NCBI GenBank assembly: GCA_043228905.1
Contig: JBHGNT010000018.1
Span: forward strand, 7,378,001-7,442,000
Length of the DNA: 64,000 nucleotides
Direction of reading: 5' to 3'
Source: Azolla caroliniana
Taxonomy: Eukaryota; Plantae; Polypodiophyta
In this document: positions 51,501 to 64,000 of the stretch, piece after piece
How the letters are laid out: each line of letters opens with the position of its first letter
Position numbering within the stretch: position 1 is the first letter of the stretch
The notes under the pieces: generated by a model
The model's database searches: none
What the model was told of the DNA's origin: nothing
Seen by the model: only the letters and a program-made list of their open reading frames with translations
Position numbers and translations under genes: made by a program

Positions 51501-53902
51501 CCTGGCTTTTGAGAATCTTAAGAATGCATTTACATCGGCTCCTATTCTAGCTCATGTTGATCCAGAAAAACCATTCATCATGGAAGCGGACACGTCGGAT
51601 TTCGCATTGGGTAGCATTCTGTCACAACAAGGTAATGATGAAAAGCCACATCCTATGGCTTTACACTCACGCAAGTTTGACGCCGCCGAAATCAACTATG
51701 AATTTCATGATAAGGAGCTATCAGCAATAGTGAACTCTTTTATGCAATGGATGCATTTTCTAGAGGGATCCTCTCATCAAGTCACCATATTCAGTGATCA
51801 CAATAACATTGCCTACTGTCAGAGTGCTCGTGTGTTAAATCGACGTCAAGCTCGGTGGGCCCAATTCCTCCCGTGTTTCCACTTCAAAATTACATATTGT
51901 CCGGGGAAGCACCAAGGGAAGGCTGATGCATTATCACGCCATTCGTATCTAGCACCACGGCTTTTGATAACCAAAAGCAAGTAATCTTGGGACCGGCACG
52001 ACTGCAAGCAACACAAGTCTTCGGCATGCCCTTGGATTCCCATGTTATCGATACCATACGTGAGGACTTGAAGACAAATGCTTTTGCCGAAGCCATTCTA
52101 GCACAAATTGATCCCTCTCGAGCATCTTGTCACAGTTGCAACAACCAGGTACAGACTATATACAATTTGAATGTCATGATGGATTACTATTCTTTAAGAA
52201 ACTCTTGTATGTTCCGAATGGTTCTTGTCGCCTTCGAGTAGTCCAAACCTGTCATGACACATATACAACTGGGCATTTTGGTAATACTAAGACATTAGAT
52301 TTAGTACAACGATCATTCTGGTGGCCCTGTATGCGACAATTTGTTGAAGATTTTTTTCAGACTTGTGATACATGTTGCAGAGCAAAAATGCCAAGGCATC
52401 ATCCATATGGTTTATTAGAACCATTACCAATTCCAAGCAAGCGGTAGCAATCCATTGCTCTAGATTTCATCACAGATCTTCCAGTCTCTAAGGGATTCAA
52501 TGTGATTTTAATAGTAGTAGATCAATATATGAAGATGTCTCATTTCCTGCCATGTACTAAGGAAATCTCCAGTGAAGAAACCACTGAAATTGTCATGCGT
52601 GAAGTATGTCAGTATCATGGCCGTGGACCCCAGTTCGTCTCAAAATTCTAGAAGCACCTTTTTAAAATGCTCAAGGTCACGTGTAACCTCTCCTCTGGCT
52701 AGCACCCGCAAACCGACGGCCAAGTAGAACGAACAAATCAAATGCTGGAGCAGTATCTTCGGTGCTTTCTAAGTTATCTTTAGGATGAGTGGGCGGATAT
52801 TCTCCACTTCACCGAATTTTCCTATAATAACTCTGTCCATTCATCGAAACCCCAGAGTTATTACGCCATTTTATGCTTATATGGGTTGTCAACCCCGGTG
52901 GTGTGTATTTGAAACCCTAGAGTTACCCACAAATCCTTGTGCAGAGGATCGTTTGGAGCGGTTATGCAAGATACAAACAGATTTATCTACTCATCTACAG
53001 CAAGCTTAACCAACACACAAGGTTTACGCGGATCGTCATCGGCTTCCATCCAGTTTAAACATTGGAGATCGGGTATAGCTACTACGATGACACATCAAGA
53101 CTACTCGCCCATGCGAGAAGTTGGATTATCGGTGATAGGTCCTTTCCGTATTATTGAAAAGATTGATGATGTCGCTTTTCGTTTCGATCTACTCCCGCAA
53201 CTTCGCATACATCCAGTGTTTCATAGTTCTCTCCTCGAACCCTATCAAGACAGCACCATCCCAAGACGTATTCCACAACCTCCACCCCCAATCGAACTTG
53301 AAGATGGACCTGAGTACGAGGTTGTCACCATCCTCGATTCCAAGATTGTTCGAAAAAAACTCTACTATTTAGTCGATTGGCTAGGATACAGTCCCAACGA
53401 GCGTACTTGGGAACCAATAGAGAATGTGACCAATGCTCGTGCTCTTCTTGAAGACTTCCATCGTCAATATCCAGATAAACCAGGTCCTCAATCCAAAACG
53501 ACTCGTGACACTCGTCATTTTAAAAAGGGAATAGTGTCATGATATGGCAAGACTCGAACCCATGACCTTATGTTACATGGGTCGAACTCTTGACCATTAC
53601 ACTATCTATTGTAATATGTAAGACATTATTTTATTTAAGTTTTACTATAGAAAATTAATGCATATTCCATATTTCTCTGGAACATTCTAGAAGCTTCAGG
53701 ACTACTCCTGAGAACACTATAAAAGGAGGCACAAGGCATTATTTTGAACCAAATCGGTTCAACACCAGTCTTAAGCCTCCTTGCCTTCCTTCTATATTCT
53801 TCTCACATAATATATCCCTGTCATCATCATTTTCTCTCCCTCCATCTCTCTCTCTCTCCTTCTCTCAAGTGTTCTACACACTCTATTCCTCTTAGTACTA
53901 AT

Positions 53903-56900
53903 TGATGAGGTAGAGATGATAGAAAGGAGCGATAAGGAAGATAAATAGAGCCAAAACCACAAAGATCTATTGCTAATGAATAATTATGATGGAAGGAAGA
54001 GAGAAAGAAGATACATAAATCCAAATCTACCAGGATAAATTGATAACAACTCAACCAACACTACGTGAATAGGCAAGAAAACATCACAAGGAAGAGAGAA
54101 AGAAGATACAACTATTAATATCTATTGATAAGAATTCAAACAACATTACATGAATTGGAAAGAAATCATCACCAAAAAGAAACTCCCTTACACCACCTTA
54201 CTCTTCTTCCTTTATATAAAAGTCTTCTCAACTAGATAACTTTCCCTTGCTTTCTTTTCCACGTTTTTTTTAGAGTTTTTCATCAAGTCCTATTCTTATC
54301 TATGACACAACAATCTTCAAATCGTCATATCTCCCTCATCCGAGCTCCCAATTTAGAGATTTAAAAAGCTATAGATAGCTCTCTTCACAAGCTTTATAAC
54401 CCATATTTGCACATTATATTTGTCTTTCAAACGAATGAGTTATGAGCGTTCATTGTAGACAGTGCTTTGGTGGCTCACTTTTTTTTTCTTTTTTACTTTT
54501 CTCCATCTTTCTTGCTTTTAATTTGACTTATCCTTGAGACCTTGGTTCGTGATCTTGCCCTCCGGATGTGAACGCACCATACCTTATATTCTTGTAGACT
54601 TCAATACCTTGAATTCTAAAAACACTTTCACATTTAACCCTCCCCCTTGCTTCTTGGTGAACCCTAAGCTACTAGTAAAACCAAAAATTCTCCTTCACTT
54701 TATACATGGCTATAGACAAAGAAGGAGAGAATAAATAAAAAAGAAACAAATTATGTGAGTAAAACCCCCGCTAGTTAGTAGGAAAAACCTCACACTCCTA
54801 GACACACACACATTGACAATATCCACCACCATCTTTCCTTTTGTCAACACAAAGAAAGAGGTTACAACAATTATTATATCTTCCACAACTCTCCAAATAC
54901 AAGTAGGGCCATGGGATACAAAACTTTTGATAGAAGTAAGCATGTCAACATATGAATGAATCTTTCAAGCGAGTGGACCTTTTGCACAAATACCTTCAAG
55001 GCTTCAAGACTTATTGGAATTGTCGTCTTTTGAATTACGTCGATCTTTGAATCATTGACCTGAATTCCTTCTTGGTATAACACATTGTCCACACTACCTT
55101 GTTTTTTATAACCAACCATTTCATCTAGAATCTCATCTCGAAAAGGAATCAAAAATTGATCTCATATGGTTGAATCAATCAAGGGTTTGAAATCGATGTC
55201 ATTCTTCTTTGGAACAATAGGTGAGACAAACTTCAAATCTTCCAACTTGATGTGGTGCTTGATGCCTTCTCCTCTTATCTGTGAATAGTCAATTATGAAT
55301 AACTTTGGAAACTTAGAAAGAAGAGAAATAAACCTTAGATTCTCTTCTCCTTGGACATCGTTTGAAATCATCTTCTGTTTTTCCTCCAAGGTGATAATAC
55401 TTTTCTCTTCAATAACTTCTTCTTCCTCCGTAGACACCACTTGGAACAATTTCTTTTTCCTATCCCACGAAGATACATCACTTGTTATGCTTTCCTCTTC
55501 TTGGTTGACATTGTCGATAGATGATTCCTTCTCCTTTACACATTTGATTAGTTGTTGTAGATCCTTTGACGATGATAAATTCATGATACTCCAATCATGT
55601 ATTACATGTAATTCTTGCATCCAAGGACTTACTAATATTAAGGAATAAGATGGACCTTTAATGAGTATAACATGTAGATCCATGCAAATGGATATGCCAA
55701 AAAAATCAATAACCTTATCGTGTATAGCTCCCAAACAAGGAACCAAACCCTTGTCAACCATGTTTGAGGACTTTTGACAAATAGGATTTCCAATCTTACT
55801 CACTATGACATTGGGCAAAGGATCCAATCTAAAACCAGTTTTTACTAAGGCATCCTTAATTAAATCACCTTTCATGGTTACCGAAATAGTGGGTTGGATA
55901 TCCTTTTGTTCCTTCACTCGTACAACTCTCGCATACTACACTTTTTTGGTACTTTGACGTATACTCGCTAGTCGTCCCCATTCCTTCCGTATTTTTTGAG
56001 AGAGTTGAAGAAGTTGTGGCCAAGTGATCCAGGGTCCATTAGTAATCAACTTTTGCTTGAAGTCGAAAGGCTCCACTCCTTTCCCCATGGGCATGTCCTC
56101 CATATTGAACTTTCTCCGTGAACGACGTCTTTTTGAAGGATTCTCCATCTTAGACTCCATAGACTCCTTAACTTTCTTCTTTATTTGATGATTATTTGAC
56201 TCCTCTTCCACCTCTTTGCCCTTATGGTTTTCTTGAGTTCTCTTAATTGGAACAACATCACAATTATAGTTAGTATCATACATAAAATCAAGAAGATTTA
56301 CATTGGGAGGTATTGCTGGAACTTGAGTCTTTGGCAAAGGTCCTCCATCCATAAAAGCTTGATTATTGTTGTTTGCATGGTTGTTAGGGAAATTTGAACC
56401 GCCTTGAACTTGATAGACACCTCGTCCTAAACCTCCTTGTCATCTCAATGGACACCGTGTAGCAATATGGCCTTCAACACCACAAGAGTAACAAATCGGA
56501 ACTCGCTTTTCTTGTGGCACCTCTCGAACTTGATTAGTGTTTAAACTTGCTTGCATTTAGTGAAATTGATTCGTTAGCTCATCAAGGCGTCGATTTAGTT
56601 GCTCGGGGAAAGTTCCATCAATTCTTGGATTATCGGTTATCGCCACCATTGTATCGGCTACCATCCGCATCATTTTTAGTTGTCTATCATAAATTTGACA
56701 CACTTGTAGAAGAGTTTGAAAATTGGTTGGGTCCTTCAAATTCGCCTCCATTGCAAAGTAAGGATTCAAGCCCGCCTTGAAGCGATCCATCTTGAACCAC
56801 TCATCCTCTACGCCTCCTCGTAGACAGATCCATGTTAACCAAAGCTCTTTGAACACCCTCTCATACTCGGAATACTCCATAGATGTTGACATGCGCAACG

Positions 56901-57661
56901 CAAAGAGTTCCTCTCGCACATAGATCACATTACAACGACGGATGAACCTGCTTCGAAATTCTTGAACCAGTATTTGGTAGTTGGTTTGTTGGTTGGGAGA
57001 CAGGGACTCATACCACTCTTGGGCCCTTGAGTAGAAATTCACCACCAACAAGGGAAGTTTCTCTATGTCCTTCACCTTCCCAATTGAAACCGTGTGATGC
57101 TCGAAGGATGCCAAAAAGGCTCCCGCATCCTGAACACCATCACCTACAAAGGCAAATTGAAAAGCCATCTCCACATAATACTAAGACACAATCAATCTTC
57201 CCAAGATGCAGAAAAGATCGACCCTCCCTGGAGCGCCAAAAGGAAGATAAACAGAGCCAAAACCACAAAGATCTATTGCTAATGAATAATTATGATGGAA
57301 GGAAGAGAGAAAGAAGATACATAAATCCAAGTCTACCAGGATAAATTGATAACAACTCAACCAACACTACGTGAATAGGCAAGAAAACATCACAAGGAAG
57401 AGAGAAAGAAGATACAACTATAAATATCTATTGATAAGAATTCAAACAACACTACATGAATTGGAAAGAAATCATTACAAAAAAGAGACTCCCTTACACC
57501 ACCTTACTCTTCTTCTTTGATATAAAAGTCTTCTCAACTAGATAACTTTCCCTTGCTTTCTTTTCCACGCTTTTTTTGAGTTTTTCATCGAGTCCTATTC
57601 TTATCTATGACACAGCAATCTTCAAATCGTCAATACCTTGAATTCTAAAAACACTTTCACA
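53903..57661 (-). mobile_element. Gypsy element with deleted pol, inserted in the copy B 3' LTR
   Basis: TG..CA, TSD CTAAT; LTRs 53903-54632 and about 57240-57661 (partly deleted); gag 56557-57174, CYSCGVEGHIATRC knuckle, protease-like 55162-55917. Confidence 0.85.
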
Positions 57662-58115
57662 CTAATATTCCTCTCTGAGTACTAATTTCTTCTCTATCTC
57701 AGTACTATTCCTAACAATATCAGTCACCGAAGGCAAATGGCTTCACCGGTAGCAACAGTAGCGCCACGATACTCAGCCTCAGTGCTCGACAAAGCCATTG
57801 TCAACTGCTACTTGTTGCTCCATGCTACAACCCCGCTACCCAAAGAAAACATATAACCAAAATTGGATCGACAATACAATGTGTCACTGGCCTAGTCGAC
57901 ATCGGTGTAATTGACTAGCTTTTCAGTTATACCATGTCGGTATAACAGTCCTCGGTCCTTAGTGCCGCTGACATCCCTGAGCATTTGGTGTGCACACTGA
58001 AGGTGCTCCGTGGTCGGCTTCTACCGGATAGCTGATGTTGGGTTAGCTGATAGTAAGATAGATGAGGCTTCCGACAATTTGTCAGAACCGTTTCTCATTG
58101 CAGGCCGACCCGTAG

Positions 58116-60010
58116 TGTTAGGAAACGGGTCCCTCCGGATGGGAAGAGAAGAGCCCAGTTGATGAGGAACTCGGCCTCGGCCGAAACTGAAATCGTGTAG
58201 ACAGCCAACTCAGAAGATTATACTTGCAAATAGTCTAAATATGCCCTTATGGGCTACACATGTAAATAACCCAAAAGGTGTACTAGTTTATAAGTACTTA
58301 GGGCAATCATAATAAACTAATGATGAGTTATTGTTAAATAGTTACTTAGAAGGTCATTGCCTCTGTAAATGTGTAATAGTGAGTGAGTGAGAGTGAGAGC
58401 ATGTGTAACTCTTTAGCTGTCTGATGACGAAGTAGAATCTCGAGGTTGTTGCCTCGCAGCTTCTAGTTGTACTCCTCCTTTTTTAATATAGTGATTCTGT
58501 TTCTCGGGGTTTATGAGCCCCCATCATTTTTCCCATTTCGGGTTCCACGTTAAAATTGTGTGTTTCTGTCTCTAGTGCTATTTCTGTTTTCGTACTCTGT
58601 CTGAGCGCATTCTATTTTATGTTCCCTGCACCTGAACATCGAAACAAGAAGCCGGTTGTGGCCGGTCACGATTCTCGACAAAGTGGTATCAGAGCAATGG
58701 AAGACTCGTTCGGCGACATGTTTAAGTTCTATTCAGTGTGGAAGTCGAAGATGAGAGACATGCTCATGTGCAAAGATCTTTGGCTGTCGGTACAGTTCGG
58801 ATATATAAGGCCAGACAAGATTGATGCAGCGGTTTGGGAAGCGTTGCACTTAAAAGCTACCGCATACATAAGATGTTTTATAGACACGAGTCTATACAAC
58901 AACTTCGGCGAAGAAATAGAGGCAAATGTCCTATGGAAGAAGATCGGCATCATGTTTGAAAACAAGAACATCGTGAACAAAGTCTCAGTCTTCAGAAAAA
59001 TCGTGAGACTTCGGTATCAGGATGGCTCCAGCATGGCGGAGCGCATCAATACCTTCCAAGGAATAATGAACCAAACCACCTCCCTAGAAGTACCTCTTGC
59101 CGATGATGTGTTTGCACTATTCTTGTTTGGATCCCTTCCGGACAGTTGGGAAACAGTGGTTGTCACTTTGGGCAATGCAGGACCGGAAGGGAAACATCTA
59201 TCCCTAGAGCAGGTGAAGTCGAGCTTGTTGAAGGAAGAAGCTCGCCGGAAGGACCGAGAGTCCAATACCGACCAGAAGGCTCTCATAACACAAGGTGATA
59301 TGGATAGAAGAAGGAGCCGAAATTGAAGTCCCCAGAACCGAGATAAGTCGAGGACAAGGTCGAAATCGAGAGGAAGGCCCACGTGCTTCTATTACGAGAA
59401 GCCGGGGCACTTTCAAAAGAATTGCCGACATTTCCGAAAGGAAAAAGGGGGAGCCGATGGTGTGCAACCGAAAAAGATTTCGGAAAGCAAGAACACCTCG
59501 GCGATCGCAACAAGTGAGGAGGAGTTGTTGCTCATTAGCGAGCAGAACAAAGTGAACCTTGTCAGCGATGAATCGACATGGGTGGTCGATTCGGGTGTGT
59601 CGTTTCACCTCACCCCTAACCGGAAATGCTTCTCATCGTATAGGGCTGATGATCTCGAATCCGTAAAGATGGGAAATGAAGGAGCATGCCAAATCGTTGG
59701 CATTGGAGACGTGTGTTTGGTGACCTCAACTGGCTGCAGACTCGTGCTTAGAGTTGTTCAACACGTTTCGGAGGTTCGATTGAACCTAATATCAACCGGT
59801 TGGTTGGATGATGAAGGCTACACGGGTAGCATCCGGAATGGTATCATGAAGTTCTGCAAGGGGAGCCTAATCGTGGCTCGAGCACGGAAAACCAACACAC
59901 TATACGAAATGAATGCTCGATTATGCCGTGGGGAAGTGAATGTGGCAGCCGAAACAGTCGGTGAACTATGGCACAGGAAGTTGTGCCACATGAGCCAAAA
60001 GGGGATGCGG
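58116..60010 (+). mobile_element. Ty1/Copia (Tnt1/Tork-like) 5' half
   Basis: LTR 58116-58680, PBS TGGTATCAGAGC 58684-58695, gag from ATG 58697, protease WVVDSGVSFH, GAG-pre-integrase LWHRKLCHMS, then truncated. Confidence 0.92.
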
Positions 60011-62056
60011 AACCAAAAGGTATTATATCATATTTTTTACGTGCTTAACATCTTAGTTGGAATGCAAGGGAATGCATGTTGGCAGCTTCATCACGAGATG
60101 TTAGAGTCTCCATTGGTGTTTCCATTTCTTTTTATAACCTCATTAACCTATATGGAACTCCATATAGATCGTTCTTTTTAGCCAAACAAGGTATTATATC
60201 ATATTTTTAACGTGCTTAATGAGGGGGTACATGTACTTTCGAGATGCCACAATACGTCATAATTTGGGTTCACATCACAAATACATATGATATGAAAATA
60301 TTTTATCAAATACTTCAATTTACTCCTCCTGCCACCACAAGAGGCATCACATAGGCTCTTGAATTGCCAATTAAAGGACAATATTTAAGTGTTTGTATTT
60401 ATGCATTATCAATTTATAATGTTTACATGCTACTACTACCTCCTCCTTGGGCTCAAGGTCATGGGAATGCTCTCTAGCAAATCACCAAACTAGAGATATG
60501 GTGGAAGACTAGATTTGTTACACTTTAGAAACGAGGATTGCCACTTGAAAAAATAATGTTCTTGTGGTGATGCTTGTGGGGTATATTATCAATTGGACTC
60601 CACTTAAAGAGCAAGAGAATTAGCCATTCTCTTTGGATGTGATGTCATAGAGGATCAAAAACACCACTTCATTTGTTATGGATTGTTTCATCAACAAGAA
60701 CTTTTATTTGTAAACTTAAGGTAATCTTAGACTCAAGTTTCTAAACATGGCATGAAAATTTGTTTTGGTTGTTCGGTCTCCTTCCTCATCATTTGCTAGA
60801 TGCTAATTTTTCCATTGACTGAAAATCGTGGTTGCTTTGAACCATTGGGGTAAGTTAGAACCATGTGTGTCATTTTGGGTAACTACACTACTTACTGCTG
60901 TTTCTTTAGGTTCTCTCTCAAGCAATCTCTTTGTGATTGTTTTCAAATTGTTGAAATCTTTGAACAAACATTTCACTTTTATTTTGAGTATTGAAAACTT
61001 ATAGACTATCTTTGTGGGTTTTCATCTCACTTCGACATTTTCCACTAGTAATATAAGGTGTTGCTAAAAGAAAAAAAGAAAAACCCTTTTTCAAGCAACT
61101 GCAAAACTGATGGGCAAAAGGTTTTGAATATCACTATGGTCAAAATTGTCATTGTTAATCTGTTTTATATCTTCTATGAAATGCTTGGTAGCCAACACCA
61201 TAGTTCCTCATTTTATGACATAGTTTCTCAACAAAGGGAACATTTTGATATTATTAGGAATTAAGATAGGCTCAAGTTTTATATGTTCCATTCAGATTAT
61301 CACTACACTACATGAATTAAAAATGATATTTGCACTCACATGCATTGGATCAATATTGCCCTCAAATGGAGTGCAAATTTTTTTATGTTTTCCCAAATTC
61401 ATAATGTTGGACAAGAAATGTATGTGTAATTGTATTCCCCACATGCACCCTTTAGTATGAACAAATGCAATATCTTTACAAGGGAGTCAAGGATATATAA
61501 ACCACCATGGTGATTCAACATGGCGAGAATTTCAGTACTTTTTATACATGAAAGATCCCAATAAAATGGTTGTGCGGTTTTTGAATTTTAGCTTTGTTTC
61601 TAATGTCACATATGAGACCCAAAAAATGATACACGAGAAATGCCATGCAAGGTCTCATCCAGACAAAAAATTGAGCATGAGTAAAAACAAGAACTAGAAA
61701 ATAATCTAGAGTGTAAAAATCAAAGAGCTGTCCTGTTGATCTTGAATGGATTCATAAAGAAGTCTAATTGTTTTTGTCTTGCAGTTTACATACATGCAAA
61801 ATAAAACAAGAGTAACGAAAGAGTATCTACTTCCATGAAACAGAGGGCTAGACCTTTCGAGGTTCAAGTAAACATTCTGCGAATGCAATTACTGCTATGT
61901 TTCTGGCAATGCTCTATCCCCATTCCCTACTTGAATCAAGAAGTAATGGGAACACATTTTGCAGTAAACAAATGTGACTGTTAAATTTTGGGTTGTTTTG
62001 TTTTTTTATAATCGAAACAATATAGAAAAAATTTTATGCTACAATTTGGGCCACTA

Positions 62057-62259
62057 CTAGTTCAGGCAATTCAAAGATTGTACCTTTATCATACATAGGA
62101 GCTTAGATGATACTGAATCTCCATCTTTACTCTTCAAAGGTACCGACCGTATACCTGTCTTCATCTCTCGCACGGGAAAGCAAGCTTGCCCAACAAAATC
62201 ATCCCTTTGTAGTCTATCATTCTCCCTCACTTCTAGCCGCAATATTGCAATATCTGGTA
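62057..62259 (-). CDS. PLC: Phosphoinositide phospholipase C, last exon (C2 domain)
   Basis: VPDIAILRLEVRENDRLQRDDFVGQACFPVREMKTGIRSVPL; AG acceptor at 62260. Confidence 0.93.
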
Positions 62260-62559
62260 CTGTTTCATTACAGAATAACTTCACGTCATCAAAAGTGGAA
62301 ACTCTGGAAGTTTTTCCATTTCTGTTTACTGTTTTTTGAGGATTTCCATGCTCTGATTAGACATTACTAAAAAGGACAAAAAACTCTGAACCATATGCAC
62401 ACATCCTAATACAGTATTAAACCATATGATTAAGTATTAAGCAACATGCATGCATACATCCTAATATGGTACTATGCCATATGATAGGGAATTATTGCAT
62501 CCTAATATTATATTAAACCACTCTTCCAATTCTGCATATACTAGCAAATGTGTACATAC

Positions 62560-62668
62560 CTCTAATCTGGAATTCGAAAGTTTCATCCTCCCAATTAGGT
62601 TGATTGTTTTTGTACTTGATAGACGTCGTCTTCTTTGCCTTATCAGTAGGTATTCCATGAATTGCAAC
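62560..62668 (-). CDS. PLC: PI-PLC exon (C2 domain)
   Basis: VAIHGIPTDKAKKTTSIKYKNNQPNWEDETFEFQIR; TTTACAG acceptor and GTATGT donor; phase fits the next exon. Confidence 0.92.
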
Positions 62669-62781
62669 CTGTAAAAAGAACCAGAATTCAATAAAATAAC
62701 TGACATTCTGAAGTTACTAAACACAATCCAAAAGTTCTTTCTTGTCTGGAGAACCACTCAAAGAAATAATTACTTAATTAC

Positions 62782-62853
62782 CTTCACAAAAAAGTCGGGC
62801 TTCTTAAAATAATCAAAATTCTTATGCCAATCCGTTCCGAGAAGTATTTTGAT
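62782..62853 (-). CDS. PLC: PI-PLC exon (start of C2 domain)
   Basis: IKILLGTDWHKNFDYFKKPDFFVK; CTTCAG acceptor and GTAATT donor; upstream X/Y exons not recognised in the window. Confidence 0.9.
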
Positions 62854-63032
62854 CTGAAGGCCAAAAGGTTAAAACAAAAAAGATCTTGTTAGAAATCACA
62901 AAAAAGATCTGACTTAGGGCAAGTTACTGCAGAGAAGGAGAAGAATGGTGCTGCAAAACCTACCAATGTGACTGGGCAATCATGTGCAGTGCGCATATTA
63001 ACAAATGAAAACATTTTAAAACTAGAAATATG

Positions 63033-63257
63033 TAAGATGACTATATGGATTGTATATCTAGAGAAGTTTTGCATGAATGCAATAAGACAGTTTTTCAAGT
63101 TGACAGAAAGTTGTATCACATCTTCATATAGAATCTCTTTGGGAGATGATAAGGTGACTATATGGATTGGATAACTAGAGAAGTTTTGTATGAGTGCGAT
63201 AAGACAGTTTTTCATGTTGACAGAAAGGTGCATTACATCTTCATGTAGAATCTCTTT
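63033..63257. repeat. About 117-bp tandem duplication in a PLC intron
   Basis: TGACTATATGGATTG...AGAATCTCTTT occurs twice. Confidence 0.85.
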
Positions 63258-64000
63258 GTAGCATGTGTTCGATTTGGTTATTTGAAATATTGATATGACA
63301 TGACGAATCAGGTGAACATTTTTGAGAATCTTCCAGCACATGGGCCCTTCTTTCTAAGAATCTAGTCAAATTGGGGATGCAACATCAAGAACAAAGATAC
63401 TACATTCATGAGTGTTTATTATGAACACCAGGAATTTCATCGTTTTTACTTCGTGTATGGCACATGTATCCATGTGTGTTAGGGCTCAGGTATGTATATG
63501 ATTACCCCTTTGCATTTGTTGTATGGTTCACCTATAGAAAGCAAAGTGTGATTATACCAGGTTGGATAGTTTGTCTTCATTTCTTGAAAATGGTGCAATG
63601 GGTTGGTGGTGCAATATGCTCCCTTGCATTGTCAAGAATTTACGCTTTGAAAAGTGACACAATATAGGATTATTAATCATGTGTTTCAAGATTTTGGATT
63701 TTAGAGTTTAAGAATTTTTCATGATTTATGAACTGTGAATTTTGGATTATCTGTTTGAGGAAAGAATAGTGAATATAGGTCTTTGAATATCATATAGAAG
63801 CAATATGCTTCTGGAGTGCAAACAATGATGGTATGACTTGATATCTTGATGTTTCTATCCAATGGAAACTAGATCTGACTGTCGTGCCTTGATTGATAAG
63901 AGAAAATTAGCACCACAATCTCTGTACAAAGGGGTTGCCAAGTAACCTTCTCTATGGGGTTCGCATATGTTTTGAAGAGGAAAAATATGTTATTCTTAGG

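Larger units (their letters stand above)
48393..57716 (+). mobile_element. Chromovirus-type Ty3/Gypsy copy B, near full length, frameshifted
   Basis: 5' LTR 48393-48811; PPT AAAAAGGGAATAG; 3' LTR 53535-53902 plus 57662-57716; gag knuckle, PR, RT/RH 51013-51984, integrase, chromodomain EYEVVTILDSK..YLVDWLGY..TWEP. Confidence 0.95.
43039..58115 (-). mobile_element. Ty1/Copia element 3 (3' LTR plus RNase H/RT end), interrupted by two chromoviruses
   Basis: LTR 43039-43415 with PPT; internal parts 43416-43487, 47591-48392, 57717-58115 homologous to 711-1930. Confidence 0.8.

Noticed and set aside
58415-58450. CTGATGA...GAA as a second hammerhead
   Set aside because: No stem II or GAAA in the correct arrangement; lies in a Copia LTR
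60011-60220. 35-bp direct repeat at the Copia truncation point
   Set aside because: Likely repair filler or local duplication; no element hallmarks
62889-63341. 150-aa ORF as a PLC exon
   Set aside because: Arises from an intronic tandem duplication; no PLC Y-domain motifs

Overview
Eukaryotic, most likely seed-free plant (moss- or fern-like) heterochromatic DNA. About 60 kb is a deep nest of retrotransposons, followed by the last three C2-domain exons of a phosphoinositide phospholipase C gene (minus strand, 62057-62853). The nest holds several Ty1/Copia elements, three chromovirus-type Ty3/Gypsy copies, pieces of other Gypsy families, solo LTRs, two hAT-type MITEs and a poly(A)/TSD retro-insertion. 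Two things stand out. (1) An endonuclease-less Penelope-like retroelement (5433-14946, minus). Its ~611-aa RT ORF can be rebuilt in frame by removing two TSD-bounded LTR insertions and correcting one 1-nt frameshift. It has a minimal hammerhead-like motif near its 3' end and is flanked by a ~296-bp direct duplication of the target, with no telomeric repeats. (2) Four different LTR families each carry an antisense tRNA-like A-box/B-box cassette in U3, upstream of the TATA box. The chromovirus LTRs also carry 4-unit heat-shock elements and self-priming (Tf1-type) PBSs. All calls come from manual reading; no searches were run.
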